A DNA stretch of 64,000 bases, taken from assembly GCA_004212155.1 (NCBI GenBank), contig RXIG01000024.1, forward strand, positions 1 to 64,000, written 5' to 3'. This DNA is from an archaeon. GTDB lineage: Archaea > Methanobacteriota_B > Thermococci > Methanofastidiosales > NM3. Shown here piece after piece: positions 59,380-64,000 of this stretch; within the stretch, counting starts at the first letter, position 1; each line of letters starts with the position of its first letter. The translations under genes were made by a program, and so were the position numbers. Below the pieces are notes generated by a model. It had not been told where the DNA came from, searched no databases, and was given only the letters and a program-made list of their open reading frames with translations.

Positions 59380-60729
59380 TTAGTCCTCGACCACCCCTGT
59401 AGGTACGTCAATAACGTACTGGTCCGCGTACCTGCTGCGTTCCCAGCGAAGGAAGAGCCAAACGACAAATCCGATCGCGAAGTAGGCAAAGAACATGTAC
59501 CACAGCGTACTGTCGAAGTACTTGAACGTGTAGTACGTCATCACTAGGCCGCATCCCACTGCGAGCACACCCGTTGCGCTTCCGCCTGGCACCTTCCATG
59601 GACGGCGCCACTTGGGGAATACCCTGCGCATCTGAAGGAACGAAAGACTTGAGATGGTATATGTTATACCAACGCCGATCGCCATCAGGGTAAAGAGATA
59701 CTCCAGCCACTGCGTGCCTGAAATGGCAATGAAAAACAGTGTGACGGCAAGTATCGACCAGTTGGCAGTCGATGGTACGTGCTGCTTGTTGAGGTTCCCG
59801 AACTGACGCGGCAGGATGCGGGAACGTCCCATGCTGTAGAGCAGCCTGGAGCCTGCAAGCCAGAATCCGTTGAGGCAGGTCGCAAGCGCGCAGAAGTTGG
59901 CCAATGCTATCGCATACTGGGCCCATGTACCGTAAAGCGCGCCCGCGATTGTGGCGCTTACCATCGGCGTTTCGTTGACGATGGTGTCGAACGGAAGCAT
60001 CGCTGCGTTCACGATGCAAAGACCGCCGTAGAACGCGATACAGAAGATGATGGAGCCAACGATAAGCCTCCAGTGCTTCTCGGTCGGGTATTTAGACTCC
60101 TCGGCGAACTGCGGGATGATCTCGAATCCGAAGAACATCGTCACCATGAGGGCCGTAGCAGTAAAGAATCCGTCCCTTCCTGTTTGGAAGAACGGGCTCC
60201 AGTTAGCCGTATCGAACGTCGGGTGGGACACGAAGAGGACCACGATTGTCACAGCAATAACAACGAGTACCAAGAACATCAAGAACTGTGCTGTAGCGCT
60301 GATGATGAGCTCACGAGAGTTCATTATGGCAAAGCCCACGGCAAGAATAGCTGCGATAATCATCATGGAGGTCAACGGCATGCCGGGCCACCACAGATAT
60401 TCAACGATCCACATGAGTGCCATGAGCTGGAACGAAAGCACTGTCGTGTACGAGAGCAAAAGTGCCCATGAGGTCCAGAACGAAGCCTCTTTGCCAAACG
60501 CGTTTTGTATAAAGACAAAAGGCCCACCGACGAATGGGAGCATGGCGGTCATTTCACCATACACCAATCCTATGGGGATACACATCAATCCGACGACCAA
60601 GAACGAGAGAGCTATAGACGCGCCGGTAAGTGAGATCCACCATTGCATCATCACTAACCAGGGTCCTATGACGGCAGCTGTCGCCATGGCGAACAGATAC
60701 CAGCTCCCAAGTGACTTTTGAAGTCGCAT
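59380..60729 (-). CDS. APC family amino acid/amine permease
   Basis: ~12 TM helices, YGEM...P..GG, FFGFE...QFAEE, SRLLYSMGR. Confidence 0.92.
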   Translation of the reverse strand: MRLQKSLGSWYLFAMATAAVIGPWLVMMQWWISLTGASIALSFLVVGLMCIPIGLVYGEMTAMLPFVGGPFVFIQNAFGKEASFWTSWALLLSYTTVLSFQLMALMWIVEYLWWPGMPLTSMMIIAAILAVGFAIMNSRELIISATAQFLMFLVLVVIAVTIVVLFVSHPTFDTANWSPFFQTGRDGFFTATALMVTMFFGFEIIPQFAEESKYPTEKHWRLIVGSIIFCIAFYGGLCIVNAAMLPFDTIVNETPMVSATIAGALYGTWAQYAIALANFCALATCLNGFWLAGSRLLYSMGRSRILPRQFGNLNKQHVPSTANWSILAVTLFFIAISGTQWLEYLFTLMAIGVGITYTISSLSFLQMRRVFPKWRRPWKVPGGSATGVLAVGCGLVMTYYTFKYFDSTLWYMFFAYFAIGFVVWLFLRWERSRYADQYVIDVPTGVVED

Positions 60730-61032
60730 TGTGTCTCCGCCGCTTCCAGTGTCACTGATAGAATCACCTAGAAAAGGTAAAAAAAAGGCGCTTTATATTG
60801 TTTTTCGAACCTATTGCAGAAGGTTGCAACATTTAATCAATATATGAAAATAATTGTGTTTTTTGTTGCAAAAATAAAATATAATAATTCTATTGAAACT
60901 TTCAAGGACATGAATTTTACGTTATTTTTTCCTCCGGTAACACATATGCATATATAAGCTTATCGGTTTGAAAAGAATCACTTGGCGGAAGTGGAACGTA
61001 TGCGAGCCGCGTCCTGTGTTGGGTCGAGACGA

Positions 61033-61046
61033 GAAAAGATTTAAAT
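61033..61046 (+). promoter_or_regulatory. BRE/TATA promoter of SRP RNA
   Basis: GAAAAGATTTAAAT just upstream of the RNA. Confidence 0.6.
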
Positions 61047-61060
61047 GCATGCCTGCGAGA

Positions 61061-61383
61061 GGTGATGCGACTAGGTCGGGGAGGTAGGCGTGCCCTGTTA
61101 CCAGAAACCGTCTAGATGCTGGGACCGAAGCCCTCGGGGCGTCGACTGAACGTGGCAAAGGTGCTGCCTACGCCGATGAAGTCCTGTCCTGCTTGATTGG
61201 TGGGGCGCGAGGCCCTTTTGGAGGAAAGGGTTAACGCGCCTTGTCTCCCGAACCCCGCCAGGTCCGGAAGGAAGCAGCGGTAGGGAGGACATTCAATGCT
61301 TGCGGGATTGCAGGATGGAGAACGGGGCAGTCCTCTCTTTGCCACCGGATGTCGGCCACCCGCGGGCGCGTCGTGACCATCAC
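61061..61383 (+). ncRNA. ffs: Archaeal SRP (7S) RNA
   Basis: Helix-8 signature GCCAGGTCCGGAAGGAAGCAGCGG, helix 6 with GGAG loop (CCCTTTT-GGAG-GAAAGGG), complementary ends (GTGATG/CATCAC), ~320 nt; ends approximate. Confidence 0.92.
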
Positions 61384-61417
61384 AAACGTTTTTTAACGTG
61401 CCTGACCATTCGAGACC

Positions 61418-62344
61418 ATGCGTGCCGCCATCGAGAACAACTTCTCACTTGTCATCGCCCTCGCGTTCGTCGTTGGCATGGTGGCGCCCGGGTTCGCACG
61501 CGTGTTCAACCCCTATATACTCTACATACTCATGGGGGTGATGTATCTCACCATCCTCAAGATCGACCTGCGCGAGCTCAAGGCACATGCCGCCAACGCC
61601 GGTTACATGGGATACCTCACGTTCATCATCCTCATCGCGACGCCTGTTGCAGTCTTTGCTGTCACGCGCGCAGTCTACCCGGAGATCGCCGCAGCCGCGC
61701 TCATCGTGGGAAGCCTTCCCGCCGCGATAGCCTCGACGTCGTTTACCGACCTTCTCAAAGGGAATGTCAACATCGCGCTGCTCATGACGACGATAACGTC
61801 GCTTTTGGCACCGTTCACGATGCCGCTGCTCATCAGGCTGCTCATCGGCGTCGAGACCGATGCGAGTTTCACCGAAATGCTCCTGATGCTCGCCCAGGCC
61901 ATATTCATCCCGTTTGCGCTCGCCGTCCTTACCAAGTGGGCGGCGCCGGGCCTCATACGACGCACGAAACCCTTCTACGCATCCCTCAACATCCTGCTGC
62001 TCTTCTTCGTCATCATCGGCCCCGTCGGCCACAACGCCGAATTCATCTACGACAACGTCCGAAAGGCGATAACTATCGCGCTCTTTTTCATAGGCATCTC
62101 CGTCCTTCAGCACATCATCGGTTGGTACGCATCGTACTGGCGCCCCATCGAGGACAGGGTGGCATCGGCCACCGTCATCGCATACAACAACATCACGCTT
62201 GGCATCGTCTTCACATCGCAGTTCTTCTCGCCGCTCATCGTGCTCTCCGTCGTCCTCTACGAGGTCGCCTGGGACCTGATGCCAATGCCGTTCCAGTTCG
62301 TCGTGCGCCGCGCCAGGGGGTGGCATGCATCGCCCAAGGCATGA
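61418..62344 (+). CDS. Bile acid:sodium symporter (BASS) family transporter
   Basis: ~9-10 TM helices, P.AIAS..FT.L.KGN..IAL motif. Confidence 0.82.
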   Translation: MRAAIENNFSLVIALAFVVGMVAPGFARVFNPYILYILMGVMYLTILKIDLRELKAHAANAGYMGYLTFIILIATPVAVFAVTRAVYPEIAAAALIVGSLPAAIASTSFTDLLKGNVNIALLMTTITSLLAPFTMPLLIRLLIGVETDASFTEMLLMLAQAIFIPFALAVLTKWAAPGLIRRTKPFYASLNILLLFFVIIGPVGHNAEFIYDNVRKAITIALFFIGISVLQHIIGWYASYWRPIEDRVASATVIAYNNITLGIVFTSQFFSPLIVLSVVLYEVAWDLMPMPFQFVVRRARGWHASPKA

Positions 62345-62485
62345 CCCGGTATACGTGATGGCGGGGCGAGAATGGCATGGTTGAGATAAAAAGTTGCCCC
62401 ACACATCGAAAAATACATATAATGTGGCACGCATTCTGACTAAAATCGTCTTCGTGCCCGAGCCGCGAGGACGGGACGTGATCAC

Positions 62486-63433
62486 ATGATGAGACGGGAA
62501 GACATCGTGTCACAGTGCGGCGACCTGCCCTACATGACACCTTTTGAAAAGATATTTGCACTCATAGACGAAACTGGCAATGCCATCGAGCTCCACGAAT
62601 ACCATGCGCGAGGTATGTGCGACGGAGGGGCGGCATGGGACTGCTACCACTTTCCGCGCACTTCGCGCCTCATACGCGCCGGCATCAACCAGGGCGCGCA
62701 CAACACGTTCATACTCTCAACAGGCGCGGAGAAGCTCGACCTCATACCAGGTATTTGCGGCGCGGGCATCGAGCGAGCAGAGATCAGCAGCGACACCGTC
62801 TCCATCACCTATGCCGGACTCGCGGGCGCGGGGGTCTCGGTCACCATGGGGCGCGGCATGGCGTCAAACATCTCAGGTGTCGAGATCCACTCCATGGGGG
62901 GCGGCGCGAAACTGGGCCGCGCGACGATGCACCTGCCCGCCTACCGTAAGCTCGTCTTCGGCGTCGACGACACCGACGTTCCCGGAGAGGGCGCCACCTG
63001 GTCGATGATGAACGAGCTCGGTTACCTCGTCGAGCAAAAGGGCCTCGCGCACTACCTCAATCACACGATCACGCAGCTCTACCCCCAGGCCCCGAAGAAG
63101 ACGACCAACTGCGTCACCGTCGCCATCAATCTCGCCTGCCCGCTGGGCGAGGAGCGGCGGCTCAAGGACCTGCTGCTCAAGGAACTGGCCGAGCGCACCT
63201 ACAGCGACGATACCTCCGCCGTCTTCTGGGAGAAGGTCGACATCCCGGAAGGATTGAGGCGATACACGCAAAACGCGAAGAATCGCATCGTGGAGATTCC
63301 CGAGGCGGAGGACACCGCAAAGGAAAACGGCGTCGAGCTCGTCGAGGTGACCGGACCGATGGGAAAGATCGGCGCCGTGGCCTCGATCGGCCTCCACCGC
63401 GATAGGGAACGGGCTGTCATGCCGTATTATTGA
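62486..63433 (+). CDS. Methanogenesis marker protein 11-like (TiaS-like C-terminal domain)
   Basis: E.H...C.GGAAW...H..RTS, GAGI, TYAGLAGAGV, GVDDTD..EGATW, QLYP..P.KTTNC, GKIGAVA. Confidence 0.8.
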   Translation: MMRREDIVSQCGDLPYMTPFEKIFALIDETGNAIELHEYHARGMCDGGAAWDCYHFPRTSRLIRAGINQGAHNTFILSTGAEKLDLIPGICGAGIERAEISSDTVSITYAGLAGAGVSVTMGRGMASNISGVEIHSMGGGAKLGRATMHLPAYRKLVFGVDDTDVPGEGATWSMMNELGYLVEQKGLAHYLNHTITQLYPQAPKKTTNCVTVAINLACPLGEERRLKDLLLKELAERTYSDDTSAVFWEKVDIPEGLRRYTQNAKNRIVEIPEAEDTAKENGVELVEVTGPMGKIGAVASIGLHRDRERAVMPYY

Positions 63434-63577
63434 GTATCCTATGACATGAAAATACCCTAATAGTATAATAAATTGAACATATGTATCTTGTAAGGATAAA
63501 AATATAATAGCATTGTACATTGAAAAAGAAAACCTTAAAAAAGTATGACCTTTCCCTAGAGTTTAGGAAGGTGTAGT

Positions 63578-64000
63578 ATGCTCGACCATATCAAGAGCAA
63601 GGTCTCCGAGGACATCACGGTGGGCATCGGTGCCTACACCGATGTGAACAAGATCATGGACATCAGGGACGAGATCGACTTCTGTCCCGTGAAGGTCCTA
63701 AAGGACGAGGAGACAGCACTGCTCGCACTCAAGAAGGGGTATGTCGACTGCCTCGTGCGTGGAACACTGAGGTCATCCCATTTCATCCGTGCGCTCTTCA
63801 AGCAGTACGGGCTCGAAAAGACCTATCGTATCGCTTTGCTTGGCACCGTCGACCATAAGTACTTCCTCTTCGCCCCCGTCGGCATTGACGAGGGTGAGAG
63901 CCTGAAGGAGAAGATCAAGCTTGCCAATTACGGCAAGGACTTCCTCTCCACCCTCGGCGTCGAACCGCACATCACGATCCTTTCGGGCGGCAGGCGCGAC
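63578..64000 (+). CDS. mtxX: MtxX / methanogenesis marker protein 4-like, truncated by the window end
   Basis: Hand translation MLDHIKSK...LVRGTL...RIALL...FLFAPVGIDEG...ILSGGR; AGGTG RBS; no stop before the window end. Confidence 0.8.
   Translation, partial: MLDHIKSKVSEDITVGIGAYTDVNKIMDIRDEIDFCPVKVLKDEETALLALKKGYVDCLVRGTLRSSHFIRALFKQYGLEKTYRIALLGTVDHKYFLFAPVGIDEGESLKEKIKLANYGKDFLSTLGVEPHITILSGGRRD

Noticed and set aside
60922-61345. Short ORFs overlapping 61.0-61.4 kb
   Set aside because: The region is explained by SRP RNA
62453-62478. Hairpin CGT-G-CCCG-AG-CC-GCGA-GG-A-CGGG-ACG as a SECIS or riboswitch
   Set aside because: It lacks the GAA/A internal loop of archaeal SECIS, no selenoprotein gene is adjacent, and it is too short to support a call

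Overview
A gene-dense, GC-rich archaeal window with AT-rich intergenic promoters and GGTGA/GAGG RBSs. The gene content suggests an anaerobic euryarchaeon such as Methanofastidiosa/Theionarchaea or another methanogen-related lineage; this placement is inference. Housekeeping content: an archaeal CoA cluster (ECF S-component, PPS, PoK, coaBC), a pst operon with three PhoU-type genes, a tRNA-Cys/SepCysS/ThiI-like sulfur locus, a hybrid histidine kinase, copB, tdh-kbl, orc1/cdc6, pyrC/pyrB/pyrI, tRNA-Gly and SRP RNA. From about 43 kb onward is an energy-metabolism region: an F420-type [NiFe] hydrogenase operon with an FrhG-FrhB fusion, and a ~10.5 kb operon of amino-acid permease, GlcD/GlcF-like oxidoreductase, AOR, corrinoid proteins and three Zn-type (MtaA/UroD-like) methyltransferase domains. 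Methanogenesis marker genes (Mmp11, MtxX) follow. The permease-oxidation-demethylation operon is the best candidate for an undescribed system. I translated by hand two plausible small ORFs missing from the ORF track (a SepCysS N-terminal partner and a Zn-ribbon protein). No CRISPR array, transposase or integrase was seen. All family assignments come from motif recognition, not database searches.
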